25,790 bases of DNA, taken from the IMG/VR virus record IMGVR_UViG_3300020151_000594, positions 1 to 25,790 of that record; one strand, written 5' to 3'. The DNA comes from a virus (lineage: Duplodnaviria; Caudoviricetes). Position 1 is the stretch's first letter, and the number at the start of each line of letters is the position of its first letter. The translations under genes were made by a program, and so were the position numbers. The notes beneath the pieces are model-generated. The model was not told the DNA's origin. It saw only the letters and a list, made by a program, of their open reading frames with translations, and ran no database searches. Shown one piece after another: positions 9,001 to 15,028 of this stretch.

Positions 9001-9193
9001 CAATACCTACTCCAGTCTTATTAATAATTTCTTGCGTTGATGCAGCGCCAACTAAAGGACGACCTCCTACAGTAACACCATCATGTACTACAGCAATATC
9101 AAGCGTAGTATCAATTGTTAACTCCCCTTCTGCTCCTGTGAATATTGCATGTTCCGATGTTGTCCCTCTTCTGAGTTGTACCTGCTTGGTCAT
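1..9193 (-). CDS. Giant tail fibre/tailspike protein (>3064 aa, 3' end beyond the left edge): Mtd_N-like anchor, GIGT-rich fibre repeats, pectin-lyase-like beta-helix with inserted phycobiliprotein-like domains, distal fibre modules
   Basis: ATG at 9193-9191. Manual translation (codons 2..9193) finds no in-frame stop, which explains its absence from the ORF track. The N-terminus MTKQVQLRRGTTSEHAIFTGAEGELTIDTTLDIAVVHDGVTVGGRPL is the typical QLRRGT fibre anchor (Mtd N-terminal-like). Beta-helix motifs: YVSSANGSDLYDG...PVQSIKKAAQLA, IIVEAGEYVEDNP, GDNLRNTIIRP, RSPYIQNCS, GGYLSITNSATNFG. Fibre motifs: TFLRGDSSY, IPITRGGTG, TGTAPLTVTSTTQVNNLNAQYLGG. Confidence 0.93.
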   Translation of the reverse strand, partial: MTKQVQLRRGTTSEHAIFTGAEGELTIDTTLDIAVVHDGVTVGGRPLVGAASTQEIINKTGVGIGTSSLSKEFQVIGNVDVKGDITSRSLTVRYEDPIQRVGLITATPSNKIVGVATNNIRVGYAVSGTYIGAGVSVVSIGIATVFLGIAGTTTTAVTQDFTGISTGNFLTNNGTTIIGVNTSLTVIGYGVSATGVLSGTTVTGISSLNGGSVTISQASTGTLGITTRTGTSSGLGTDLITSITTTSLALGDYVDYPGSSGFSTITSIGANQINVSVGLGTSGSTSFTFSRIVNFVFSNLAFSTSFAFVDPFMGQANFDVLNVNNANIQQLNLTQLNGGDLNLNSTNTNTAKINTGIITTAYINAGNISVGIATTMIVDNNYMNVGIATTMVVQASTTDLAYINVGIGTTVGISSARLNTAYISVGIGTTVGIQSARFDNAYVAAGLATYFNVSGLTTVANYVDGVPDPTSNVTIGLGKPYDIFVCTGTLGTSFTGVGTGYAAGIGTDIITGVGTNRVLRSVSAIGPANEYSTGTYVSVASTTNGPGTGARFNVVISDGDIESLSVERGGSGYLIGDRIYLNPSATGIGLTPPTLGSSPTKIITVIGVSTARSGQAISGPYIRSGTTIVGVETAIILLSQYSTNTTTSSNQNFELSSQSTINLDVTGNARVSGILTVGSGSVTIDGETADITGVNHIRATEFSASQRVVVDYPLLVTYQGTLAYASTLSITGIATQNVSVGYAVTNDYLLPGTVVASIGNSSFGLSAFAQNVTPTQTTTGYVETANGNKIAGIDTSNIYVGSAATGTYIAVGSTVTSIGIGSVILSQNTTSPVGERIYQGTLSNTGVTTITGIATAGIIAGEVVTAGEYILPNTTVISIGSSAITISQPPSQVGIVTQLFRFRRLDTYQFDYPQGAVITGNFYFEDSFSGISTIPNLRGRNAYFSGIGSFDTVIADTTIITSGLIVEQINVPGIGTIGNLKAAVGVVTELSGTNISYSGLGSIGNVKIGYGNTDFLVTGNARVTGVLTVGQGSVTISGNTNEILGVTNLNSRSGIVTFLQGSNLNYTGISTLNQVGLSTLSFVGINTQTLEDKTVQFKLSNAGIATNYTLTLPPNQGTDGMVLTVDTYGNLGFATAGLYENRIYVSSANGSDLYDGKTRPVQSIKKAAQLASFESFVLPPGRYLDAADQLNLNKEFIQEEVVGFITATYPGISTNPDWDRTICRRDVGYIVDAIAYDLGYSGNSRSVGAGISYWSGVGTSYVAGESVETIDAFRYIVDMSKYVINNISIADADPGGRYDDASALLTLNKDYIKAEAVGYVTAIYPGLLSNPTYNRTKCLRDVGHIVDAISYDIKYGGNYKSVGAGVSYWSGLGTSYVTGEQVETVAAFKYIAGISSYIINNITVPQSYQVGVGSTTQVKNLTIAYDATCGAGNSYGYLCCADVRSSINNYIGIITTIVGQGITAAPAIQRPVGLYQTTTSQSFNNNLIIDIEANPVGYATTSCSNVLSSISTLVGIITTIVGLGTTAAPELILPTSKSNPVCIIVEAGEYVEDNPLILYEDVAVIGDNLRNTIIRPQNAGKDLIRVRNGCYLTGFAMKDFVDAAGVPQYTFDYAVSFDDPSDPFTSRAGYAIKTSKPIITRSPYIQNCSILSFLGGNGMLVDGSKVLSPNTAIIPQESETPVLGAQPEFGKSMVANAFTMVSFGGIGWRVINDGYSQVVSCFQIFCRYGSLAQSGGYLSITNSATNFGYYALRSTGFSQNSFAFDRGRIAATGTAGGYQTLRVVGAGRSDQDLYVTRFFDNQLVDRTNTFKPLVVSEEFNAATSVDVNNDVFNIVGHPFAQGDSVVYFGDEGVIPARIIGGLVNENQYYVQYIDSTSFKLYEDDSFTQLVNLTSTTTGINTFTKNNQEFFVKEIVEAHNNFQKISLGSTSSTLRFVSGRQVSQTVTGGTAVGYALTYNSSSRELVVSVESASGVRRNFAVTGGAALNIADHSPVPVSIAVTSVTGIATYWSINFKVDSTSAGTNIIGISSLPENYTLNFHRPSIVNSSSHTWEFSGSGIDYNALPQNGGKGDVRTQQVSELGGRVYSSGTNELGDFLIGDFITAFNRTGNIIFNNTVTIGTLDSIRLSLSGGIQIEEFSGDIGLGDNEIGGAQNKRVSTQLAIRSFLNNRLGSFIDKTVSTNAIPNSVVQLNSIGQINADLIPPKVVNYYRTIYEGGKTSLANRIPAANILSGDTVVEPINAYVLVSDVIRQYLILDSTTVYNFQNGDTVTGTVSQGGAIGIVTTPSHPSYGTTGLVRGVGLTLNTLAGGSGYNVAGIYSGVQVIRNTGIGTNMTATVTVSAGGTVSQVAIETGGRYFASGDYVSVASTLIGGRTGGSDFTVRIGSVETRLYLTLTNNQKFQGSTILPDYISDRNAVAISTNVGTATTVTFNGTDIGVGGDVDFTNDRIIVGVSNTIFSDGDPVRYYSTGNAVAPLVLLETYYVKRIGITSVELYTNYALSTKLNFETSGTGTQSITRLGINTDTSQITFVNHGFTQGDPVRITSGGSLPTGISTGYFYFIGSRTQNTFTLHLTRSDSILSANGLLYNTIDITNVNGAGIVTFTEQNITYTSTVNTSSTDETNWALLATSTVDAGNIVSGVISPTRLGTGSANNQTFLRGDSSYQKVVTSVGIGTTQPIGVTYTTADLAPGGVGINTYYGVVNLTLNRVAPTLDAYSTLGVSKFKNSTFGITTDGSGSVYLKTLSQGGDVDAATFNGNSASYYLDINNIQGNIPITRGGTGLQALPANGAILIGNGSSYNLTATPTFVDDVTFNGGSGAISLSANADITLTSGGTWTGNKAAKIQYYSNSLYLQYTTSLILRNSAGGDQFTLDSTGNTTITGTIQGTRLISTIATGTAPLTVTSTTQVNNLNAQYLGGLPLNTDGRADNANEVVRTDGNGYIQAGWINTTSGDSGFATRLTRIYCSDDAYLRYLGLTDFKVSMGLSGKNNYSRRIDYTSDANYHVGSMGHSGYGANETFHGGSGFFDIWNGTNFPGSFTHIHGINMLHYTTNSLGSTGGTAYGW
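4600..5653 (-). other. Two nested phycobiliprotein-like (globin-fold) helical domains within the giant fibre
   Basis: Copy 1 reads RYLDAADQLNLNKEFIQEEVVGFITATYP...ICRRDVGYIVDAIAYDLGYSGN. Copy 2 reads RYDDASALLTLNKDYIKAEAVGYVTAIYP...KCLRDVGHIVDAISYDIKYGGN, 345 nt away. The closing helices are CADVRSSINNYIGIITTIV and CSNVLSSISTLVGIITTIV. Residue spacing matches phycocyanin beta as recalled from memory. Confidence 0.7.
7868..7994 (-). repeat. 60-nt coding tandem repeat (AYINVGIGTTVGISSARLNT / AYISVGIGTTVGIQSARFDN), next to looser 15-aa VGIATTM repeats up to about 8110
   Basis: Lines 7861 and 7921 align in register (tcttgcact...ccaacagtagtacc.ataccgac). The repeat lies in the reading frame of the giant fibre. 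Confidence 0.85.
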
Positions 9194-9229
9194 AGTACTA
9201 CGCGACTCAAATTACTATTTCTTCTGATT

Positions 9230-9237
9230 TATTTATC
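9230..9237 (-). promoter_or_regulatory. T4-like late promoter (GATAAATA) upstream of the giant fibre gene
   Basis: The minus strand reads GATAAATA in the short intergenic gap, about 37 nt upstream of the ATG at 9193. This matches the NATAAATA late-promoter consensus of T4-like cyanophages. Confidence 0.7.
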
Positions 9238-9241
9238 GTAA

Positions 9242-12200
9242 TTAAATGATAGAGACATAAGTTCTTGGAATTTGATATGGATTGTCAATAGTAATAGCAT
9301 AAGAGTCTGAAATATACACAGTTCCAACACCAATATATGGAGTTCTGGAGTAAGATTCTAAACCACTAGATAGTCCGAAAAGGGTTCCGGATGTTTGTGT
9401 ATATCTCTTTGTGAGTGAATTATTTGAATCTCCAACAATGACAAGAGTACCAGAACCAGATGGAGCTGGAATAAACTTGATATTTGGATGAATAAGTTCT
9501 CCAGAAATAGTGATTGTTCCACTACTACTTGTTGGATAGACTGCAAATTCTCTGGTTGTTGCAGATCCAGAAATTGCAATATTTCCAATTCCAACATATA
9601 GGTATTCGGATTCAATTCTAGTTGTTGCAGAACCAGAAATTTGAAGAAGAATTGTGCCTTCTGGTGTCTGTGCAGAATATGATTGGGAACCTCCAGAAAC
9701 TGCAAAAAGACTTCCGGAACCAACATAAGAATCAACATCCTTTTCAATACCGGATGTAAATGCAAATATTGTTCCAATTCCGGATTCTGCGTAACTTCTC
9801 TTGAGATTGGTATATGTGCCGTAGAAATTCTCAGAACCAGATCCACCATAAGTATAAATTGACCTTTCTTCTGTTTGTGCAGATCCATAGAAGTTGAAGA
9901 GAATCGTATTCTCTGGTGGATTTGCAATAAACTTGATAAAGGCAGAATCCTGATAATCGCAAGTAAATTCTTCAGAATCACAGGTATCATATGAATGATC
10001 AACTGTATGTGATACAAATCTAAAGACTCCAGAAGCAGGAGGATTTGGAGATTCTTTAGTTGTAGCAGTTCCAGTGATGGAAAGTGTTCCAGTACCATCA
10101 TAAGAATTTGTTTTTCTTTCGACAAGAGTTCCATCAAAGGTATAAAGAACCTCAGTTTCTGGAGTCTGTGCAATAAAGGATTCTGATGCAGAACCAGAAA
10201 CTGAATATAGAATAGTATTTTCTGGAGTTTGTGCTGATAATGATTCTGAAGCTCCACTAAGATTTGATATTGAACCGGATCCATTATATGAATTGGTTTT
10301 AGTGAAGTAAAGATTTTCACTTATGGTTACGATACCACTTCCACTATATGCATAAACTACCTTTTCGGTAATTGGGTTTGTTTGTTCCGAAATAACAATA
10401 GGATCTTGACCATCTCCAGAATATTGATAAAGTTTGATCCGTTTTGTAGATGCAATACCGAGAATATTAAGTTGACCCGATCCATTATAAGTCGTAATTG
10501 AGAAACTCTCATATGCAGTTCCAAGGAATTCGAATAAACCAGAACCAGCATAAGGAGTAAGAACTCCATATTTTGCGGTATTATTGGTTTGGTCGAATCT
10601 GAATGTCCCTATACCAGCATTGTCAGGCAATCCGCCGCCAGGGTCAGGATATCTGTTGGAATAATTTCTAGTGAATCCAGAGAGTTGAATTCCAGTAGTA
10701 CCAATACCAATATTCTTATCAATACCATAATGTGGTGTATAGTCAATGTCTGGATGTAACAACTCTCCAGAGAAACTAAAGAGTTGCGTATTCTCTGGAG
10801 TTTGTGCAGAGTATGCCTCCAGGCCAGTTCCAGAGAAAGTAAAGAGTTGGGTATTTTCGGGAGTATTTGCAGAATAAGACTCTAGAGCAGTATCCGAAAT
10901 AGTTAGAGTACCTAGACCAACATATGACTCTGTATTCTTCTCTACAATGGTTCCTGATAGGAGTAGAGTACCTATACCGACGTATGAATCTATATCCTTC
11001 TCTATACCATTTCCAGAGAAACTAAAGAGTTGTGTATTTTCTGGAGTTTGTGCAGAGTATGCCTCCAGACCAGTTCCAGAAATCTGAATTCCAGTAGTAC
11101 CAATACCGATATTCTTCTCAATACCATAATGTGGTGTATAATCAATATTTGGATGTACAAGATTTCCAGATAGTTTAATAGACGCATTCAGTAAATTAAT
11201 ATTACCAAGAGTTCCAAAAGTTTCTTGAACATAATCTGGTAATCTGAATACAAATCCAACTTCCCCACTAATACTGAAGGTGGCATAACTATAGTCTTCA
11301 GTAAGTTGACTAAATGACGTTATTGGTGTGGTTGTTGAAACTACATAACCAGAACTCCATTTAGAAGCAGGTCCAATATCAAAATTTACATAATCTCTAG
11401 AACCTATTGCTGCGTTGGAAATCCAATAATTTAATGCAACAATTGAAGATGCATTTGCAGCATAAGTTACTACATAATTGTCAACAACACGATATGTACC
11501 GTTGGAAGGTCCACCAAATCCAGTTGCATTACAGCGAAGTTTCCATTGATCCGTAAAGTTTGGTGATAGAATTCCAGTATCTACCCAACCCGTTACAAAA
11601 TCAGTACCATAGACCTTTATAGTTTGATATTGGATAGTTTCCGATCCAATACCAATAATATTGATATTTCCTCTTCCGGAATAATTTCCTATAGTTGCAG
11701 ATTGAGTTGCTGCACCGTTGATATTGAATAATCCAAATGGATATAGAGTAGAGGACCCATATCCTACAATTGGACCCCAAGCTTCTCCACCATCATTTGG
11801 AATTGATACCAATCCCCAATCAAAAAATCCATTATATGGAGGTGTTTCCGTGAGTAATCCCCAATCATCATATTCAATGATGATGGAATCATAGTCATCA
11901 TAAACTTTAGTGATGGACTCTGCAGCTCCACTTAGAGCGCTAAATGTTCCAAGTCCAACCCAAGAATTTATTGACTTTGGAGTAGCTCCACCAGAAATCT
12001 GAATTCCTGTAGTACCGATACCAATATTCTGATCGATACCATAATGTGGCGTATAGTCAACCTCTGGATGAACAAGAGGAATTCCGTAAATAGTTGCCGT
12101 ACCTATACCAACGTATGAATCTACGTCTTTCTCTATACCAGTTCCAGAGAAACTAAAGAGTTGCGTATCCTCTAGTGGATTTGCACTAAAGGATACTAGA

Positions 12201-12586
12201 GTATTATCACCTTCAATTCGTACTGTACCAGAAGATACATAAGGACTTAAGGATCTTTCTAATCCATTACCAATCTCGAATAAAGTACCCGTACCAGCCC
12301 AAGTAAAGGTTACATTTTCGTCAAGTGTCTTGGAAACTTGAATAGTACCAGAAGCATCAAATTTATTTGAACTTCTTTCTTCTGCAGTACCAGATATATT
12401 TCCTATAGACCCAAAAGGTATTTGAGTAAAAGTACTTGTTATTGCAAACCAATCTTCAGAGGTAGCTGATGCACTACTTATTTGTTGATAATCTTCGCTA
12501 ACACTCGGCGAAGATGCAATAAAACCAAAATCTTCTTCCGAGTAAATGTCTTCTGTTGTTATGTCATAAACATAGACATTACTCAT
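9242..12586 (-). CDS. 1114-aa acidic, Gly/Ser/Thr-rich repetitive virion structural protein (function unknown)
   Basis: Long ORF from ATG to TAA. Built from recurring short modules (SYxGxGT, EAYSAQTPENTQLFSFSG, HPxIDYTPHYGIxxNIGIGTTGIQxSG). Lies within the late structural cluster. Confidence 0.88.
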   Translation of the reverse strand: MSNVYVYDITTEDIYSEEDFGFIASSPSVSEDYQQISSASATSEDWFAITSTFTQIPFGSIGNISGTAEERSSNKFDASGTIQVSKTLDENVTFTWAGTGTLFEIGNGLERSLSPYVSSGTVRIEGDNTLVSFSANPLEDTQLFSFSGTGIEKDVDSYVGIGTATIYGIPLVHPEVDYTPHYGIDQNIGIGTTGIQISGGATPKSINSWVGLGTFSALSGAAESITKVYDDYDSIIIEYDDWGLLTETPPYNGFFDWGLVSIPNDGGEAWGPIVGYGSSTLYPFGLFNINGAATQSATIGNYSGRGNINIIGIGSETIQYQTIKVYGTDFVTGWVDTGILSPNFTDQWKLRCNATGFGGPSNGTYRVVDNYVVTYAANASSIVALNYWISNAAIGSRDYVNFDIGPASKWSSGYVVSTTTPITSFSQLTEDYSYATFSISGEVGFVFRLPDYVQETFGTLGNINLLNASIKLSGNLVHPNIDYTPHYGIEKNIGIGTTGIQISGTGLEAYSAQTPENTQLFSFSGNGIEKDIDSYVGIGTLLLSGTIVEKNTESYVGLGTLTISDTALESYSANTPENTQLFTFSGTGLEAYSAQTPENTQLFSFSGELLHPDIDYTPHYGIDKNIGIGTTGIQLSGFTRNYSNRYPDPGGGLPDNAGIGTFRFDQTNNTAKYGVLTPYAGSGLFEFLGTAYESFSITTYNGSGQLNILGIASTKRIKLYQYSGDGQDPIVISEQTNPITEKVVYAYSGSGIVTISENLYFTKTNSYNGSGSISNLSGASESLSAQTPENTILYSVSGSASESFIAQTPETEVLYTFDGTLVERKTNSYDGTGTLSITGTATTKESPNPPASGVFRFVSHTVDHSYDTCDSEEFTCDYQDSAFIKFIANPPENTILFNFYGSAQTEERSIYTYGGSGSENFYGTYTNLKRSYAESGIGTIFAFTSGIEKDVDSYVGSGSLFAVSGGSQSYSAQTPEGTILLQISGSATTRIESEYLYVGIGNIAISGSATTREFAVYPTSSSGTITISGELIHPNIKFIPAPSGSGTLVIVGDSNNSLTKRYTQTSGTLFGLSSGLESYSRTPYIGVGTVYISDSYAITIDNPYQIPRTYVSII
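10677..12190 (-). repeat. Dispersed near-identical DNA modules inside the 1114-aa gene
   Basis: 10767-10834 and 11013-11080 match at 65/68 nt by manual count. The HPxIDYTPHYG module recurs at about 10677-10765, 11077-11170 and 11991-12075. IEKDxDSYVGIGT recurs at about 10970-11010 and 12100-12140. Confidence 0.9.
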
Positions 12587-12623
12587 TTTTTTATAACTCT
12601 ACCGGCAATGTTAATGTTCATTA

Positions 12624-12657
12624 TAAAAATGGGGATCGCCATTAACAAGCAATCCCC
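12624..12657 (-). terminator. Rho-independent terminator downstream of the 335-aa gene
   Basis: Minus strand GGGGATTGC-TTGTTAATG-GCGATCCCC forms a 9-bp stem with one G-U pair and is followed by ATTTTT. It lies in the 12587-12691 intergenic region. Confidence 0.8.
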
Positions 12658-12691
12658 AAGTACATAACAAATATTCTATTGTTAGATAGAA

Positions 12692-13699
12692 TCAATCAAG
12701 AGCGACATTCAAGGTAATCTTGATTTGGTCACCATAGTTTTGAATGGTGTAAGGTCCATTTGTAAATCTCTCAGCATACATAATTGAACTATAGAGAGTT
12801 GCTGTACTCAATCCAGCAATTGCATTTGGAGTAGGAGTTAATGCGGGAGTAGTATAGAACTCACTAGCATTTGGAACCGAGAATACGGTATAAACATTGG
12901 ATGATAAAGTGGTATTACCTGCTCCAGCAGCAATATAAAGGATATCCCCAGCTACTAATTGGTGACCAGATCTAACAATCTTACCAAAACTAAATTCAAC
13001 ACTTGGATCAGTAGCAACCTGAATGTTGTCAATAAGTGGTTTGTCCAGATATACAACTTTAAGAGCTCTATCAATACCAATTACAATTGTTCCTGTTTGG
13101 ATACCAGCATTTCCACCAACAACTTGACCTAAAGTGAGATCATCAATAGACACATCTGGATCAACAGTTATATAACTATTTCCGATAACTCCAATGGTTG
13201 GATCACCATTAGTTCCCTTACTAACTGTAGTACCAATTCCTACTGATGCAGCGTGAACAACACCTTGTACTGCAACTGGCATATTATTTGCTCTGGTTAC
13301 ATAGTAACCATAAACATCACCAGCATCTCCAGTGAACGTAAAAGTTTGTTCTGGATAGGTAGCGGTGGTACCGGAACCAACTTGGTTAATTCTCCAACGA
13401 GAACCATTCAAAAGAACTCCAGTCTGAGAAGTATAAGATTGATCAGTTCTATTATTTACGCAATATGGATAACCTGTATAAGGAGCGTATCCGTAAGCAT
13501 TGGTGTTGCCAATACCATATGGTTCAAAATATCTAGTAGCAGAAGGAACGTCCGATTCTGCTGGAGTAGTATTACTCGTAAAAAGTTTTAAGACTAAGTT
13601 TCTTGGAGATTGTTCTGCAAGACTTGCAGTATGGTTGTTCTGTGCAACCAAGTACCTGAGTGACTCAAGTTCTCCAATATTTGGGACTAGTAATGCCAT
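12692..13699 (-). CDS. 335-aa virion structural (tail-associated) protein; small conserved core with a central insertion of about 165 aa
   Basis: Strong Shine-Dalgarno (AGAGGGAG, 13708-13715) and its own late promoter. Core motifs MALLVPNIGE...LKLFTSNTTPAESD...ATYPEQTFTFTG...VYGYYVTR and YAERFTNGPYTI..GDQIKITL resemble a widespread small phage structural protein family (recalled, not searched). Confidence 0.85.
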   Translation of the reverse strand: MALLVPNIGELESLRYLVAQNNHTASLAEQSPRNLVLKLFTSNTTPAESDVPSATRYFEPYGIGNTNAYGYAPYTGYPYCVNNRTDQSYTSQTGVLLNGSRWRINQVGSGTTATYPEQTFTFTGDAGDVYGYYVTRANNMPVAVQGVVHAASVGIGTTVSKGTNGDPTIGVIGNSYITVDPDVSIDDLTLGQVVGGNAGIQTGTIVIGIDRALKVVYLDKPLIDNIQVATDPSVEFSFGKIVRSGHQLVAGDILYIAAGAGNTTLSSNVYTVFSVPNASEFYTTPALTPTPNAIAGLSTATLYSSIMYAERFTNGPYTIQNYGDQIKITLNVALD

Positions 13700-13743
13700 T
13701 TAAACAACTCCCTCTACAGGCTATGATTTTTGATAACTATCTT

Positions 13744-13751
13744 TATTTATA
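13744..13751 (-). promoter_or_regulatory. Perfect T4 late promoter TATAAATA
   Basis: Plus strand tatttata at 13744-13751. It overlaps the TAA stop of the 225-aa gene and lies about 45 nt upstream of the 335-aa ATG. Confidence 0.8.
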
Positions 13752-14424
13752 ATTTTAATTTTAAAGAGATTAGAAATCTATTGATGTTATTCACAGCGAT
13801 GACATCAAAAGTCAAAATATCTCCGGATACTAATGTAGTATCCCAATTATTTAGAATGTCATCTCGTACTTTTCTGGAATTCGACATTTGGGGGTAAGTT
13901 CCACCGACTATAGATGCAAATGTGGGAAAATTAGTATAGTTTGATTTTTTAATATCAATCGTCAAATCACCTTGTTGATCGGATAGTATTGTTAAAGTTT
14001 CAATAACTCCACTCACATCTAAAGTTACAGATCCCTTATTTCCAGAAAGCATCGCAATTGACCCACTATCTACAACATAATTAATAGTTCTAGTAAGATC
14101 TGCAGTTGTTGCAAGAGCAATGATAAAAACATCATCTCCAAAATTTGGAGCAATAGTGAAAATTATATTATTCGTTGAGGTAGTATAATCCTCAATGGGT
14201 TCCATTACTAGATTATTCTTAACAACTATAAGTTGTTGATCATTAATTGGAACATAAGAAGTCCCGCTTGCAGTTAAACCAAAAGTATGAGCAACTCCAG
14301 TAAATTGGGAGTTTATATTGCCAAGAATTATATTTCCATACTGAATTGATTTAGTAGGAATCTCATAATCTACACCAATTCTATAGGGACCGGGTTCATT
14401 TAACGTTACTAAGTAATCAGTCAT
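13747..14424 (-). CDS. 225-aa conserved virion structural protein
   Basis: The N-half carries the baseplate-type module INSQFTG...TFGL...LIVVKNNLVMEP..DY....IIFTIAP..GD.VFI that is common in cyanophage gp7-like proteins; the C-half is beta-rich. TAATG stop/start overlap with the upstream gene at 14422-14426. Confidence 0.85.
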   Translation of the reverse strand: MTDYLVTLNEPGPYRIGVDYEIPTKSIQYGNIILGNINSQFTGVAHTFGLTASGTSYVPINDQQLIVVKNNLVMEPIEDYTTSTNNIIFTIAPNFGDDVFIIALATTADLTRTINYVVDSGSIAMLSGNKGSVTLDVSGVIETLTILSDQQGDLTIDIKKSNYTNFPTFASIVGGTYPQMSNSRKVRDDILNNWDTTLVSGDILTFDVIAVNNINRFLISLKLKL

Positions 14425-14756
14425 TATGATACTCCTGGGGTAACTAAAACATTACCTTGAACTGCCCTAGTTCTATATGCATTTGGTGAGATCAAAATAA
14501 CATCATAAACATACCTACCACCTTCTATAGAATCGGATGCAGTATATCCCATTGAAACGGTAATCTTACCATTCAATCTGTCCGTAAATGATAAAGTAAG
14601 TGGATATGCATTAGTAGATGTTGGGTGTTTTCTTATTGAAGAAATTCCCGTATATCCAGTTAAATTTAGTGGTGAATTATTTTGATTCCTGATAGTGAAG
14701 GTGGCTTGAAAGTCAACGCCTTGCTCAAGAACCAAGTTTACGTTTCTAGCCGCCAT
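14424..14756 (-). CDS. 110-aa Ig-like fibre/baseplate adaptor-type protein
   Basis: The pattern NLVLEQGVDF...LNLTGYT..S.IRK...G.ITVS.......I..GRYVYDV......TR.VQG.V.VTPGV is typical of a common small phage tail adaptor family (BppU-N/LtfC-like fold inferred). Upstream AAGGT Shine-Dalgarno. Confidence 0.82.
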   Translation of the reverse strand: MAARNVNLVLEQGVDFQATFTIRNQNNSPLNLTGYTGISSIRKHPTSTNAYPLTLSFTDRLNGKITVSMGYTASDSIEGGRYVYDVILISPNAYRTRAVQGNVLVTPGVS

Positions 14757-14778
14757 TATTGGAATCTACCTTTTTAGT

Positions 14779-14786
14779 TATTTATG
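14779..14786 (-). promoter_or_regulatory. T4-like late promoter (CATAAATA)
   Basis: The minus strand reads CATAAATA, overlapping the TAA stop at 14782-14784 and lying about 23 nt upstream of the 110-aa ATG. Confidence 0.65.
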
Positions 14787-15024
14787 GATTGATATCTAAT
14801 TTTTGAAGAATCATCTTCATCAAGTCTTTCATTTCATTAATATCTCCTTTTAATTGATCAATTTCAGAAACTTGGGATTTTAATTCATTAAGTTCGGAAA
14901 TTTCCTTAAGTTTCATTTCTTTCAATTCCAAATATTTTTGAAATTCATTATTGGACCCATTCACAATAGCTCCAGAATTCATATCTCTATATAAGTTTGG
15001 ATTACCTTCAACTTGAAGTTTCAT
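14782..15024 (-). CDS. 80-aa coiled-coil hypothetical protein that typically follows vrlC-like genes
   Basis: The likely start is the ATG at 15024 (MKLQVEGNPNLYRDMNSGAIVN), preceded by TAAGGT, rather than the track's start at 15042. The C-half is a heptad-like E/K/L-rich helix. Confidence 0.8.
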   Translation of the reverse strand: MKLQVEGNPNLYRDMNSGAIVNGSNNEFQKYLELKEMKLKEISELNELKSQVSEIDQLKGDINEMKDLMKMILQKLDINP

Positions 15025-15028
15025 AACC

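Noticed and set aside
1-9193. Diversity-generating retroelement, suggested by the Mtd_N-like N-terminus
   Set aside because: No reverse transcriptase and no template/variable repeat pair with adenine-specific mismatches in the window. The anchor motif is common in non-DGR fibres, and the C-terminus lies outside the window.
1583-9227. Small track ORFs at 1583, 3937, 4025, 7852 and 8940
   Set aside because: All overlap the uninterrupted giant fibre frame, either antisense or shifted. The periodicity of 7852-8043 simply mirrors the fibre's 60-nt repeat.
9358-10320. 320-aa alternative-frame ORF inside the 1114-aa gene (also 10357-10569 and 11002-11187)
   Set aside because: The Leu/Gln/Ile-rich sequence is what a shifted reading of Ser/Gly/Thr-biased codons gives. 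No recognisable motifs or RBS.
10677-12190. Repeats as a CRISPR array, DGR TR/VR pair or invertible cassette
   Set aside because: The repeats are direct, in frame and irregularly spaced, and the differences I checked are mostly at synonymous positions. No recombinase, RT or cas gene is present.
12673-12692. Small inverted repeat attctat-N6-atagaat next to the 335-aa stop codon
   Set aside because: It is only 7 bp and AT-rich, which is expected by chance in this composition.
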